From the sequence record ON528718: DNA of 51,077 nt; one strand, given 5' to 3'. Both the position numbers and the translations under genes were made by a program. Positions 16,982-26,965 of the stretch are shown in pieces. The notes below the pieces were generated by a model that was given only the letters and a program-made list of their open reading frames with translations, ran no database searches and was not told the origin of the DNA. This DNA comes from Shigella phage ESh4. Position 1 is the stretch's first letter, and each line of letters begins with the position of its first letter.

Positions 16982-19900
16982 TTACCACACACCAACAACA
17001 ACTCGTCCACCATTGGGAAGGTTTACAGTGATGCCATTGTTATTTATAACAACGGTGTTATTTGTTCCATTAAAAGCAAAACTACCGTTTGAAGCATAAA
17101 GCGATCCTCTAACAGTAACATTGTTCAACTCGGCTGCTCCTGATTTGTTAATCATCCACCCCTGCACTCCAGATACGAAGTTGTTTGATTGAATAACGTT
17201 ACCGATCTTAGCATTTGTGATTGAACCGTCTTTCACCAACAGGCTGTTAATGAATACCTGGTTATTTTCCACCACAAAAGGCAACGTATACGATCCTCCA
17301 GTAGAACTTGTCATGATAGCGAACCTGTTCGCATCAAACAAAATCTGCGAAATAAGGCCGGATGAACCCTGTGAAAGCTGCATCACCATACCAGCGCTGT
17401 ACTTCTGACCGTTATATGTCAATCCCAATTTCATTGCGTACTGTGCGCCAACTCCATTAACGCCAGCCCATGAATCAAGTTTTTCAGTAAGTGCCGATTC
17501 AACATCTCCAAACTTCGCTGTTAATGCTGTATCAGCCGAAACGCGCGCCTCTGTTTCGCTTGCAATCGCCTCCTCAACCCGCGTTAATTGCCCCTGAATA
17601 TCATCATCAATCTGTGATTTCAATTCCTCAATGGCTGTTGCTCGCGTTTCCGATTCTGTTGCAATTGCCTGATCAAGCCTTGTTACTTCGCTAGTTATTT
17701 CCTCGTCAAATTCAGCCTTGAGTTGCGTCATTGCGGTAACGCGCGCCTCAGTTTCATCTGCGATCAACTGTATTGATTGCCTGAATTCGGCTTTGCGTTT
17801 TCCGTTTTCCTTCATCATAATCCTAACGTCTGCATCATTCGCCAATGCGTTTTGAATGATGCTTTGTGCCTGATCCTTGATTTTGTTTGCGCTATCAATG
17901 GCATTCTCTTTCAGATCCTTTCCTGCTTCAGTGTCAAAAATCTTATCAAGAATATCTCCTAAAACAGCCTCCACATCATCTGAAGCCATACCTCTAACAA
18001 AATTAGTCCAGCCGGAGACGTTGCCGATTCTGTCAACGCTGCGGATCCTATACCAGACAACATGACCAGCCGGAAGCGTACCGTGCCAGTATTCATATTG
18101 TGGATACGGGATCAGCGTTAGCAGGCTTGAGTTTTCAGCCGTTCCATCCGGCGACTGGTGAAGCTCAATGTATGCCGTGTCTCCGCTCCCTTCTGGCATA
18201 CCCCACTTAACACGAATGCCAAACACCTCATTGTCGGATGCTGTTAAGTTAACTGGCGCGCCTGGCTCTCCCACCTTACCAGTCAGTGAAGCTGTCACAA
18301 TTCTGGACCACGGAGAAGTAGAACCTGAAGCGGAAACAGATCTGACCCTTACTTGGTAGTTTCCTGAATAAATACCTTCAACCTCAATTTCTTTGTTTGC
18401 AGTCTGTGGTGTATTCAGCCAGTTGCCATCACCTTTTCGCCACTGCATTTCATACAGCGATGCGTAAGGTACTTTATCCCACGACACAACCATTGTTTCA
18501 ACGCTTGCACCCTGGACAATTCGCGAGTATGAGGATATTTGCACGTTTTCCGGTGCTGCCATTTTGTCAGGCTGGACAATTGACGTTGGCCTGTCGTCAA
18601 TGTTTACTCCGTAATCAATCTCGTCGTATTTGTTAGGGTCATATTCAACAGCCGTGATGGAGTATGTAAATTCATCATCACCATCACCTTTGCCGATACT
18701 CGTTACAACGTATTGCTGCAATGCAATATCAGTGCGGTCGATTGCAAAAACCGTGTCAGGTTTAACTTCAAATCCAAACCCAATATTTAGCTCAATGGTT
18801 TTTCCGTCACCGCTTACTTTTGAGATTGTGCGCTTAACTGGCTTTCCGTCCGGCTTGTTGATGATAATGAAATCACCTGGTCTAGCATCAATCTTAAACG
18901 GAACGAACACCTGCAAGCCGGAAACTTCCATCACGCGCCCTGATAGGTTTAACTTCAGGTTGCTGCTGTGAAAGTTGTCAGCAATAGCAATCACATCACC
19001 TATTGATGGGATCATGCCTTCCAGTCCAGTAGCAAAGTTTACCGTAGTGCTGCGCAAGTTGGTTTTTAGTATCCATCGACCTCGCCGATTAGCCTCACTC
19101 CTGCGTGTACATCCGATCGCTGTTATGCTTGTCGGATTGTATCCAAAGCGTAGTGCCGCCTCAGTATCAAACACGCCTTCTACGTCCTGCTGATACATGT
19201 TTTGTTCGTCGTCGAACGTCACATTGCACTGCGTGTACATGCTCTTTTCACTTGCTGTTGTGTACTGGAAATCACCATCAACAACATTGTCATTTGTGAA
19301 GATGTACGACGGATCGCGCGGCTTATCAATGACGATTGACAAGCTCTCCCCATTCCAAAAGCTCATGCCTCTGAATATTGAGCAAATATCACGAATAAGC
19401 TGATAAGCCTCAATCTGACTCTGGATAACAACATCACATAGATAGCGTGGCTCTGTGCCTCCTTTTCCGTCTGGAACTTTCTGATCGCAGTATTGCGCAG
19501 CTTCGTAAAGACTCCACTTATCAACCTGTACACCAAGCTCTCGCTGATCTAATCCGTATCGCTGGTTTGTGATAATGTCATAAAGTACCCACGCCGGATT
19601 GTTAGACCACGCTTTCTTGAACGTACCATTCCATGAGCCGTGATACTCTCGCATTACCGGATCGTAATTGCTCGGAACATTAATCAACTTCCATTTCTTC
19701 TTGATTGAAATGTTAGGGATCTGGTTAGGGAACAACTCGCTGTCAAATTCAACGTATACAAGGCCAGTCAGAGGGTAACGGAATTTTGCATCAATAACCT
19801 CAGCGTAACTTTGTAGCTTAATCAGATCAGTAACGCGAGAAGATGCGCTGTCTGCCGTTACCCTTCTAACCCTAAGCAATACGCGATCATTAAATGCCGG

Positions 19901-20437
19901 AAGGTCAATCCTTCGGCTTCTGTCGTAACCGGAACGCGTTTTACCTTCGATAGTGTCTCGCAATACTTCTTTGTAAGAGTCTCCGTCAACAGCCATATCA
20001 ACAGCATAAGTAACCTTAACGCCGACAAGATCGCCGTTATCCTCTTGCTTAATGCCTGTTGGCATTAGCATTTTGATTCTGATAGCAGATAATGTTTTGT
20101 TGGTTACGGAAATCACATAAGGATTTGACGTGGTAATATCACGCGCCAGCGTCACTTCGCTTGATGTGTCAGTAAATCCCTGGATGTAATCTTGAGTCTG
20201 TGTACCTGGGCGAAACTCTGCGCTCACACCTTGGTAGTTAACAGTTCCGTCGTCTGCAATTACCGGAACATCATCAAGATACAGATCGCGAAGTGTAAAA
20301 TCTGGATCGCACTCGCCATCGGAAACGGCAAGAAGGATTTTGATTTTGTTGATTGAGATCAGGTTATCTTCCATCTCTTTCGGAACATAAGGTTTTGATG
20401 ATCCTCCCTTACTTCCCGTTATCATATTTTCAGCCAT
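16982..20437 (-). CDS. tail tip/host specificity protein J (central tail fibre)
   Basis: 1151 aa; size, position after I/K/L/M and lambda gpJ-like organisation. Confidence 0.85.
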   Translation of the reverse strand: MAENMITGSKGGSSKPYVPKEMEDNLISINKIKILLAVSDGECDPDFTLRDLYLDDVPVIADDGTVNYQGVSAEFRPGTQTQDYIQGFTDTSSEVTLARDITTSNPYVISVTNKTLSAIRIKMLMPTGIKQEDNGDLVGVKVTYAVDMAVDGDSYKEVLRDTIEGKTRSGYDRSRRIDLPAFNDRVLLRVRRVTADSASSRVTDLIKLQSYAEVIDAKFRYPLTGLVYVEFDSELFPNQIPNISIKKKWKLINVPSNYDPVMREYHGSWNGTFKKAWSNNPAWVLYDIITNQRYGLDQRELGVQVDKWSLYEAAQYCDQKVPDGKGGTEPRYLCDVVIQSQIEAYQLIRDICSIFRGMSFWNGESLSIVIDKPRDPSYIFTNDNVVDGDFQYTTASEKSMYTQCNVTFDDEQNMYQQDVEGVFDTEAALRFGYNPTSITAIGCTRRSEANRRGRWILKTNLRSTTVNFATGLEGMIPSIGDVIAIADNFHSSNLKLNLSGRVMEVSGLQVFVPFKIDARPGDFIIINKPDGKPVKRTISKVSGDGKTIELNIGFGFEVKPDTVFAIDRTDIALQQYVVTSIGKGDGDDEFTYSITAVEYDPNKYDEIDYGVNIDDRPTSIVQPDKMAAPENVQISSYSRIVQGASVETMVVSWDKVPYASLYEMQWRKGDGNWLNTPQTANKEIEVEGIYSGNYQVRVRSVSASGSTSPWSRIVTASLTGKVGEPGAPVNLTASDNEVFGIRVKWGMPEGSGDTAYIELHQSPDGTAENSSLLTLIPYPQYEYWHGTLPAGHVVWYRIRSVDRIGNVSGWTNFVRGMASDDVEAVLGDILDKIFDTEAGKDLKENAIDSANKIKDQAQSIIQNALANDADVRIMMKENGKRKAEFRQSIQLIADETEARVTAMTQLKAEFDEEITSEVTRLDQAIATESETRATAIEELKSQIDDDIQGQLTRVEEAIASETEARVSADTALTAKFGDVESALTEKLDSWAGVNGVGAQYAMKLGLTYNGQKYSAGMVMQLSQGSSGLISQILFDANRFAIMTSSTGGSYTLPFVVENNQVFINSLLVKDGSITNAKIGNVIQSNNFVSGVQGWMINKSGAAELNNVTVRGSLYASNGSFAFNGTNNTVVINNNGITVNLPNGGRVVVGVW

Positions 20438-20482
20438 GCTTTTTCACCTTTTGTGCTATTTGATTTGTTGAATTATACGGGC

Positions 20483-20508
20483 AAAAAAAAAGCCGCGCAA
20501 CGCGCGAC
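20483..20508 (-). terminator. intrinsic terminator between I and J
   Basis: GC hairpin (GCCGCGCAACGCGCG) followed on minus strand by nine T. Confidence 0.6.
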
Positions 20509-20517
20509 TCTTTTATA

Positions 20518-21114
20518 TTAAGCCTTATCTTCTGCATAACTCCCAGCAGACCAGATAGCTCCGCCGACGGTCCTTTGACCGTATGGCAATGGTATTGGGT
20601 ATCCTGCCGCCGTTGTGTTAACTGCACCGCCAAAAGCGTAAGACGGCTTATTTTCTGCTGATTGGGATGATAACCGCGACCCGCCTTGCTGTGGTGAAAT
20701 CATCTGCATTACGCCACCCAGCACCATAGCGCCACCCATCATGAAAGCAGACGATGCAAAAGCGCCCATCAAAGCAAGTGAGGAGCCGCCAGTGAAAAAT
20801 GCAGTCGCCATAATAACCGCCCCAAGAACAACCTGAAACAACCCGCCAGACTTTGATCCTGTTGGGATGGGGATAATCCTCACTTCCTTTGCGCATTGCC
20901 ACGCTTTTTCATCGTGCTGCCCTACATTATTACCGTCAACAAATACAGCATAACGCATTCGCGATCCTACTTCGCTTTGCATGTAGTCCTTGAATCCTTC
21001 CACCTGCGAAGATAGCGCACGGATTGCTTCAGGGTATGAGTCAACAGCCAGCTTATGAAATACACCAAATCTTCGCCCTAAAGATCCAGATAATTTAATC
21101 GTTTTCAGTGTCAT
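20518..21114 (-). CDS. tail assembly protein I (lambda gpI-like)
   Basis: C-terminal Gly/Ala-rich hydrophobic region typical of gpI; start at ATG 21114 (track M is GTG at 21120). Confidence 0.6.
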   Translation of the reverse strand: MTLKTIKLSGSLGRRFGVFHKLAVDSYPEAIRALSSQVEGFKDYMQSEVGSRMRYAVFVDGNNVGQHDEKAWQCAKEVRIIPIPTGSKSGGLFQVVLGAVIMATAFFTGGSSLALMGAFASSAFMMGGAMVLGGVMQMISPQQGGSRLSSQSAENKPSYAFGGAVNTTAAGYPIPLPYGQRTVGGAIWSAGSYAEDKA

Positions 21115-21667
21115 AATCACCTCTACTTTTTCTTAACGCGACGATTGCAGGCGCTATGTACTTTAAAAATTCCTCGTGCGTGTAGTTATGCATTCGCGTT
21201 ACGTTGCAAAGCTGGCAGCAAGTGACGCAATTATCTTTAGTGTGTCCTTTTGTGTTATCTATCCTGTCGAAGCCGTTACATAGTGGATCTATGTATCCGC
21301 AGTATACGCAAGGCTTTACTAGTTCCTTAATGCAGTAATCAACATCCAAATCATTCTCAAGATTCTTTTTTTTATCTATTTTTTGGTAGCCTTTTAGTCT
21401 TAATATTTGCGGATTGTTGATTCTGTATCTTCTGCCGTATTCGCTTTTTTTAGCCTTTCCCTCTGGCGTACTGAGCAATCTTTTGTTGTATGCTCTCTGG
21501 CTTGCAAGATACTTGTCCTTGTTGTCCCCCTTCCATTTCTTTTGCCTGTCGTAGTCGCATGTTTTGCATTTATTCCTATGACCATCGGCGCAAGTCTTCG
21601 CCTTCGGAAACTCGCTTAATTTTTTAACCTCTCCGCAGACGTTGCATTTCTTCTCTACTGTCAACAT
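21095..21667 (-). CDS. HNH endonuclease inserted in tail module
   Basis: Cys pairs (CNVCG...CKTC) and HNH-type core (CVYCG...GFDRIDNTKGHTKDNCVTCCQLCN); overlaps both neighbours. Confidence 0.7.
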   Translation of the reverse strand: MLTVEKKCNVCGEVKKLSEFPKAKTCADGHRNKCKTCDYDRQKKWKGDNKDKYLASQRAYNKRLLSTPEGKAKKSEYGRRYRINNPQILRLKGYQKIDKKKNLENDLDVDYCIKELVKPCVYCGYIDPLCNGFDRIDNTKGHTKDNCVTCCQLCNVTRMHNYTHEEFLKYIAPAIVALRKSRGDYDTEND

Positions 21668-22379
21668 GTTTTAGATCCTTATGCCTAACAACTAGCGCGG
21701 TATGCTCTTGATACCAGCCAGAATATAAATCAATTCGAGACAGCTTTCCATAAGTATGGTGTAGCAGTTGGTTATCGCCCAAGTAAATCCCAGCATGATT
21801 GATAACATCGGATTGCAATATCATCATCACCATATCACCAGGTTTTGGCGGATCCCCTGTTTCAACAAAACCCTCTTTCAGATAATTTTCTTGGTAAAGA
21901 TTTTCACCGTGCTCAGGCTTCCACCATTCATATGGCTTCCTGAAATCATTCAGGATAACGCCATGTTGCTTGTGCCATGCCATAATAAGCCCCCAGCAAT
22001 CATAAGCACCAAGCGACCACGGGCGACAAATCAGGGGACGAGATTCAGGCTCTATGATTCTCATGTCACCTTCTGGCCATGACACAATAACCCATGAAAC
22101 ACCCATTTCATCACACATGCATGTGTCATGGGCGCTTGGAATTGTACTTGCCCCGTCTCCTGTGTGGCTATGCACAACAGCAATAAGCTCACCGCTTTCA
22201 CACGCCTCAACGTATTCAATTGCGTCCATCTCAAAATGATTTTCAGGATCATCATGCACGTTTGTTATTCGGTGATATTTTTGTACCCGCGACTTTTGAG
22301 TGATAACCCCGCACGCCTCGCGCGGGTATTCATCTTTTACGTGCTGCATTATTTCAAGTTTTATTTTTGCACTAATCAT
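21624..22379 (-). CDS. tail assembly protein K (JAB/MPN + NlpC/P60-like)
   Basis: JAMM-like HSHTGDGASTIPSAHD and Cys...His motifs (DCWGL...H.GIYLG); ATG 22379 with AAGGAGA RBS. Confidence 0.8.
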   Translation of the reverse strand: MISAKIKLEIMQHVKDEYPREACGVITQKSRVQKYHRITNVHDDPENHFEMDAIEYVEACESGELIAVVHSHTGDGASTIPSAHDTCMCDEMGVSWVIVSWPEGDMRIIEPESRPLICRPWSLGAYDCWGLIMAWHKQHGVILNDFRKPYEWWKPEHGENLYQENYLKEGFVETGDPPKPGDMVMMILQSDVINHAGIYLGDNQLLHHTYGKLSRIDLYSGWYQEHTALVVRHKDLKHVDSREEMQRLRRG

Positions 22380-23140
22380 CACTGATTTCTCCTTAACAGG
22401 CTTGCTACTGGCGCACCGCCAAAATCAAGCTGCTGATCTGCACCAAAACGAAGTTTGCACGCTGTTACAGTTCCGGCGCAAAAGTCTTGAGATGGATCGG
22501 TTACAGGATTGTTGTCTTTGTCAAACATTCGCGATCCATTGTATCCGCAACCCTTTCCGCTTCGATACCATCCACGCTGCGCCCAATAACAAACGCTTTG
22601 AGTTATTCGCGGAGGAATCATTATTCCATCCATATCATAAGGCGATGTCAGATCAAACTTTGCCATCATTCTATTGTAATGGCTTGGGCGCTCAATGTAA
22701 TAAACCAGCTTTCTTGAAGCGCCATCTTTAATGCTGCCATCTTTCCCCATTAATTCCGCTGGCGTGATCCAGATTGTAACCTTAGCTTGCATCATGCCGT
22801 TAAAGTTACGAATCATCGCACTCACCTGGCTATCAAGGTTTGATAGTATCAATTGTGGCTTATCAGCCTTTCCGTTGCTTGTGAAGTTGATTCCAGATAT
22901 TCCGAACGGGCGCGCGCCGTAAACCTCACCACGGAATGTAATCTCTTTTGGCGGAAGAACTCCAGTTTCTCGCGCCTGCAATAATTCTTCCGCAGTGTAT
23001 GAGATGTTCTCATTGTGTATGCGGTAAATGTTTGCGCCAAACTTTGTGCCGTCAATTTCAATTAGCGTGATAATATCGCCAGGGTAAAGGCTTTGCAGAC
23101 AATTTTCAAGATCCGCGCGACCTGTTGTTTCATTAGCCAT
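22379..23140 (-). CDS. minor tail protein L
   Basis: Position between M and K; ATG at 23140 with AAGGAGGTG RBS (track start 23173). Confidence 0.75.
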   Translation of the reverse strand: MANETTGRADLENCLQSLYPGDIITLIEIDGTKFGANIYRIHNENISYTAEELLQARETGVLPPKEITFRGEVYGARPFGISGINFTSNGKADKPQLILSNLDSQVSAMIRNFNGMMQAKVTIWITPAELMGKDGSIKDGASRKLVYYIERPSHYNRMMAKFDLTSPYDMDGIMIPPRITQSVCYWAQRGWYRSGKGCGYNGSRMFDKDNNPVTDPSQDFCAGTVTACKLRFGADQQLDFGGAPVASLLRRNQ

Positions 23141-23171
23141 AATTGCACCTCCTTTCGTGCATTGTATCATC

Positions 23172-23198
23172 AATAAAAAAGCCGCACAAAGGCGGCTT
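23172..23198 (-). terminator. hairpin-Trun attenuator between M and L
   Basis: AAGCCGC...GCGGCTT followed on minus strand by TTTTATT. Confidence 0.45.
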
Positions 23199-23201
23199 GA
23201 A

Positions 23202-23558
23202 TTATTGCATTGATGTAAATTGCTCAGTAAATGTTGCTTTCACTTCCTGAACGGTTGCTGATACAGGAGTTAACCCAACGCTACCGGATTTAACCCTGAA
23301 TAGACCAGGTTGACCGTCAGGCATAAACCATAAAAACGGCTTCAGCCTGTGCCCATTCAGGAAGTCAACAACGTCTCTGTAATCCTTGCCAACATAGACA
23401 ATAGAAAACTCCCTGCGTACCGTGTTAAACCCTCCTGACGCAACCTGCGTGTAACCATTACCAAATGAGATTTCCCTGTCGTTATTTGATGTAGTCATAG
23501 CGCCGCCGCCTCCTTGCGTTTGCGTGCACCATTTGAATTGCTCAAGTTTCACTATCAC
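23202..23558 (-). CDS. minor tail protein M
   Basis: Lambda gpM-like N-terminus (FKW...), GTG start overlapping tape-measure stop. Confidence 0.7.
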   Translation of the reverse strand: MIVKLEQFKWCTQTQGGGGAMTTSNNDREISFGNGYTQVASGGFNTVRREFSIVYVGKDYRDVVDFLNGHRLKPFLWFMPDGQPGLFRVKSGSVGLTPVSATVQEVKATFTEQFTSMQ

Positions 23559-26227
23559 CCCCGCTTAGACATAACAAATTCGTAAACTTCCCCACCCTGC
23601 GTACATGAACGCTTAATCATATCAGTGAAAATCATTTTTACGCCAGTCTCCAACCCTTTCGGATCGCTTCCGTTGTTAATATCAACGCTGATCCCGCCAA
23701 TATTAAGATTTGTTGCTCCAGATGAAACTCCGCCGCCAGTGTATGAAGTGCCGCCAACAACGCCTCCATTTGCATAACCGCGCATCATTTTGTAAAGATT
23801 TCCAACTCCGATCCGCTTCGTTGCCTCCTTCGTCATGACAAACTCGCCTTTATGGACAACACCTGCTGGCTCATACTTCCCACCATCGCCAGTGTATCCA
23901 CCAGTTGCAAATCCAACATTTTTAAGAAGGCTTCCAATCGTCCAAGTGTCACCGCCAGTCGCACCAGATATGGCATTAAAGATAACCATCTTTGTTATCA
24001 TCTGGATAATCATTTGGATGATTGACGTTGCGAAGCTCTTAAAGTTTGCCTTGCCTGTTGCAAGGAATGTAGCCATTTGGTTGGTTAGACCGTTGAGCGC
24101 CTCGCTTGCAATATCTTGCACGTTGCCGTACATATCCATTGCATCTTGTCCGTAAACCTCCCATGCGTTTTTTGCTCCTGCAATCCAGTTATTTCTTAGC
24201 TGATCCTCAGTGGCGTAATACTCCTTCAGCTTTGCTTCCATCTGCTGATAAATTTCATCGTCGATACTACCGCCGCCAGCAACATAATCAGTTCGCAACT
24301 TCTTCAACTCAAGCTCTCGCTGGATTTGCAGATCTGTAGCTCCAGACTGTCGCAAGTTCATAGCGTCAATAGCATCCGATGTTTGCTGAATGAACTTTAG
24401 CCCTTCCTGATATTGCTTGTTCTTTCTTTGTTGCAAAACAATCTGATCGCCTATCTCGGCCTTTTCTTTTGCCATAGCAAGAACTGTTTTTTGCTCGTTT
24501 AGTAACGCCTGTTCCGCTTTTGTTAGCTTACGTTTGCTTTGCGCTTCCTCTAGGATCTGGATCTGCTTTTCAATACTCCACAAAGATTGCCTCTGGCGTG
24601 AAATAACATCATTTACAGTTCGGTGCTCTTTCAGAGTTTCAAGTTGCGCCTTGAGAACATATAGCTCCTTATCAAGCTGCTCTGTTGGTGCTTTTACAAC
24701 TCCACCAACTTTTTCCTTTTGCTGCTGCGCCTTCTTCGCCTCTTCAAGCTCTTTTCGCCTGAACTCCACGTTCTCAGCCGCTCGTTTTTTCAAATCTTCG
24801 TCTGCTGTCCTTGCTACGTTCTTCTGATCCTCTATGGCTTTGTTTAAAGCCTCTTGCGCCGCTCGAACTCTGTTTAAGGAAAGGTTTTCTCTGTCGATGC
24901 GTGCTGCTCGTTCCGCCATATCCCTATTCGCATCTTTTACGATCTTTCCTATATCCTCATAGGTGTTCTTCGCAAATTGCAACATAGGATTTACATAACC
25001 AAGCTCTTTCCCCAACAGCCCGCCGGACGGTGAAGCATAATCACGTTTTGCTTTTAAGACCGCATACCATGAATCGCCAAGCTCAAGAACTTTGTTTTTG
25101 TGATCAGCAATTTCATTGTTAAGACTTACAAAACTTGATGCGTTTTTGTATTCGTTTACTTTTGCCTTTGCTTCGTCATAGGTAAATCCAACATCGACGA
25201 GTTTTTGTATAGCCTCGCTTGCTCCATCCTTAGTGCTTATATAAGCCTTTGCGATATTGTCGGCGCTCTCTCCTGTCTTGTCAGATAGCGCCTGAATTCC
25301 AGTTGCGATCCGCTCTGCAAACTCACCTGAAAGACCTGTTGCCTCCTGAACGGTTTTTGTGATCTCCTTCAGTTGTGCATTTGTTTTGTATGCATTATAT
25401 GCAGCATAACCAAGAGCACCAGTCAGCGCCGTCATTCCTACACTTAAAGGCGTGACAAATGTCATTAGCGCTTTAAACGTATTAGCAACACCGCCGAATG
25501 AGTCCTTGATTTGCCCCCCTTGCTGTATTGCGATCATCCATACTGGCATACCTGAAGCGAGAGAAGTAACAACGTCAGTGATTTGCATTGGCAATTGCGC
25601 CATTGCTTGCTTGTACTGCCCCATAGAAACGCCAAGTTTTGAGGCTTGTTTTTCCTGCTCCTTCATTTTTGCAATAAATGGCGCTGCCTCAGCACTAACT
25701 CCAAGTTGTGCGGCTCTCATTTCTACAAGCTCTGATTTTGTTTTTTCCGCTGCGTCAGCTTGCGCCTGCAATGCCGCAATAAACTTTCTTGCCTCAGCCT
25801 CTGCCCTTGCCTTGTTTTTTGCTTCCTCAAGCGCCGCGCGACCTTCTTCAGTTAGCGCCTTTTTAGTTGCGATCAGTTTGTTTTGCTGCGTCTCAAGAAT
25901 TGATCCTAACTCAAAGAATGTATCATCCGGCACAATTCCTTTTTTCCAAAGCGCATCAAGCTGTGTTGCTGCCTGGCGCAACTTATCCATTTTGCTTGCT
26001 GTCGGATCTATTGCCGACTGAATTGCTTTAAATTCCTGTTTCTGCTTCGCCAATTCCTCAGCCAATTGTTTGGCTCTTTGCCTTGCAACAACCTCTGAAT
26101 CAACAAAGCTCTCAACGCTTCCCTTTGCGTCGTCGTTTGCCTTTTTGAATTGCTGCAAAGATTTTACAGCATTGTTGAGTTGAGATACATCAACCCCAAG
26201 CGTCAATCCTGCGTATTGTTCTGACAT
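23555..26227 (-). CDS. tail tape measure protein
   Basis: 890 aa, long Ala/Lys/Glu/Gln coiled-coil region, C-terminal Gly-rich segment; GGAGGA RBS. Confidence 0.85.
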   Translation of the reverse strand: MSEQYAGLTLGVDVSQLNNAVKSLQQFKKANDDAKGSVESFVDSEVVARQRAKQLAEELAKQKQEFKAIQSAIDPTASKMDKLRQAATQLDALWKKGIVPDDTFFELGSILETQQNKLIATKKALTEEGRAALEEAKNKARAEAEARKFIAALQAQADAAEKTKSELVEMRAAQLGVSAEAAPFIAKMKEQEKQASKLGVSMGQYKQAMAQLPMQITDVVTSLASGMPVWMIAIQQGGQIKDSFGGVANTFKALMTFVTPLSVGMTALTGALGYAAYNAYKTNAQLKEITKTVQEATGLSGEFAERIATGIQALSDKTGESADNIAKAYISTKDGASEAIQKLVDVGFTYDEAKAKVNEYKNASSFVSLNNEIADHKNKVLELGDSWYAVLKAKRDYASPSGGLLGKELGYVNPMLQFAKNTYEDIGKIVKDANRDMAERAARIDRENLSLNRVRAAQEALNKAIEDQKNVARTADEDLKKRAAENVEFRRKELEEAKKAQQQKEKVGGVVKAPTEQLDKELYVLKAQLETLKEHRTVNDVISRQRQSLWSIEKQIQILEEAQSKRKLTKAEQALLNEQKTVLAMAKEKAEIGDQIVLQQRKNKQYQEGLKFIQQTSDAIDAMNLRQSGATDLQIQRELELKKLRTDYVAGGGSIDDEIYQQMEAKLKEYYATEDQLRNNWIAGAKNAWEVYGQDAMDMYGNVQDIASEALNGLTNQMATFLATGKANFKSFATSIIQMIIQMITKMVIFNAISGATGGDTWTIGSLLKNVGFATGGYTGDGGKYEPAGVVHKGEFVMTKEATKRIGVGNLYKMMRGYANGGVVGGTSYTGGGVSSGATNLNIGGISVDINNGSDPKGLETGVKMIFTDMIKRSCTQGGEVYEFVMSKRG

Positions 26228-26244
26228 TATTAATCCTCCAGGTA

Positions 26245-26268
26245 ATAAAAAAGCGCCCGTAGGCGCTT
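26245..26268 (-). terminator. hairpin-Trun attenuator upstream of tape measure gene
   Basis: GCGCC-TACG-GGCGC followed on minus strand by TTTTTTATT, then RBS. Confidence 0.45.
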
Positions 26269-26895
26269 ATTTTGAATGCATCATTTCAAGTGCTTTTTGC
26301 TCCATGATTCGCAAGTCGTTTAGCGCCATCTCGCGATCCTCAACCTTGTAAATCTCAAAAAGCATAGGCAAGACATTATAATCAAATCCGTAAGCGCCAC
26401 CGCCTGAACATCTCCATTGTGTTTGCATTGCGCAAAATATATCCCATGATTGCATCATGCTTTCATCAAATATAACCTCTGGCGGATCTTCTCCTTCATA
26501 GTCTGCCCTTGTAAGGCCAACAGCCTCAAGCTCTGCATCTGTCGGCGGTTTCTGATAAAACAGGTAAACCGCCCTTTTTAGTTTTTTACTCGCTGCCCCG
26601 CAAGCGCTTTCATGTATGCGCTAGTTAATCCGATTGCTGTCGCTGGGTAGTAATCAAGAAGCTGTTTAATATTTTCTTCGTTAAATTCATCATCAAGATT
26701 CCAACCGGAAGCAAGGAAGGTGATCATTTCAACATCGCTCATCGGGGTGTCGGACGTGTAGCGTTCGTGAATCTCACTTGTTTTTCGGTGGCGAACTGTG
26801 AAGATAATTGTTTGATCTTCTCCGTTAGGCATTGCAAATTTCACTGGTAATTTAAAGTCAGGAAGCGGCCCAAGAGTTAATTTCATTTTTGACAT
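26267..26895 (-). CDS. tail assembly chaperone GT fusion via -1 programmed frameshift
   Basis: Slippery heptamer A_AAA_AAC (plus coords 26581-26587) overlapping G stop; -1 frame is open and runs into track ORF 26267-26458. Confidence 0.55.
26578..26895 (-). CDS. tail assembly chaperone G (zero-frame product)
   Basis: 105-aa ORF between major tail and tape measure genes; AAGGAGAAAGAA RBS. Confidence 0.7.
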   Translation of the reverse strand: MSKMKLTLGPLPDFKLPVKFAMPNGEDQTIIFTVRHRKTSEIHERYTSDTPMSDVEMITFLASGWNLDDEFNEENIKQLLDYYPATAIGLTSAYMKALAGQRVKN

Positions 26896-26906
26896 TTCTT
26901 TCTCCT

Positions 26907-26952
26907 TGATAGCACTTTTTGTTAAAAGAATTGATTATGAATCGTGTATCAT
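26907..26952 (+). promoter_or_regulatory. conserved promoter-like unit in inverted (antisense) orientation
   Basis: Plus strand ATAGCACTTTTTGTTAAAAG + 22 bp + TATCAT, pointing rightward into the leftward tail operon. Confidence 0.4.
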
Positions 26953-26965
26953 GATTGTACAGTAA

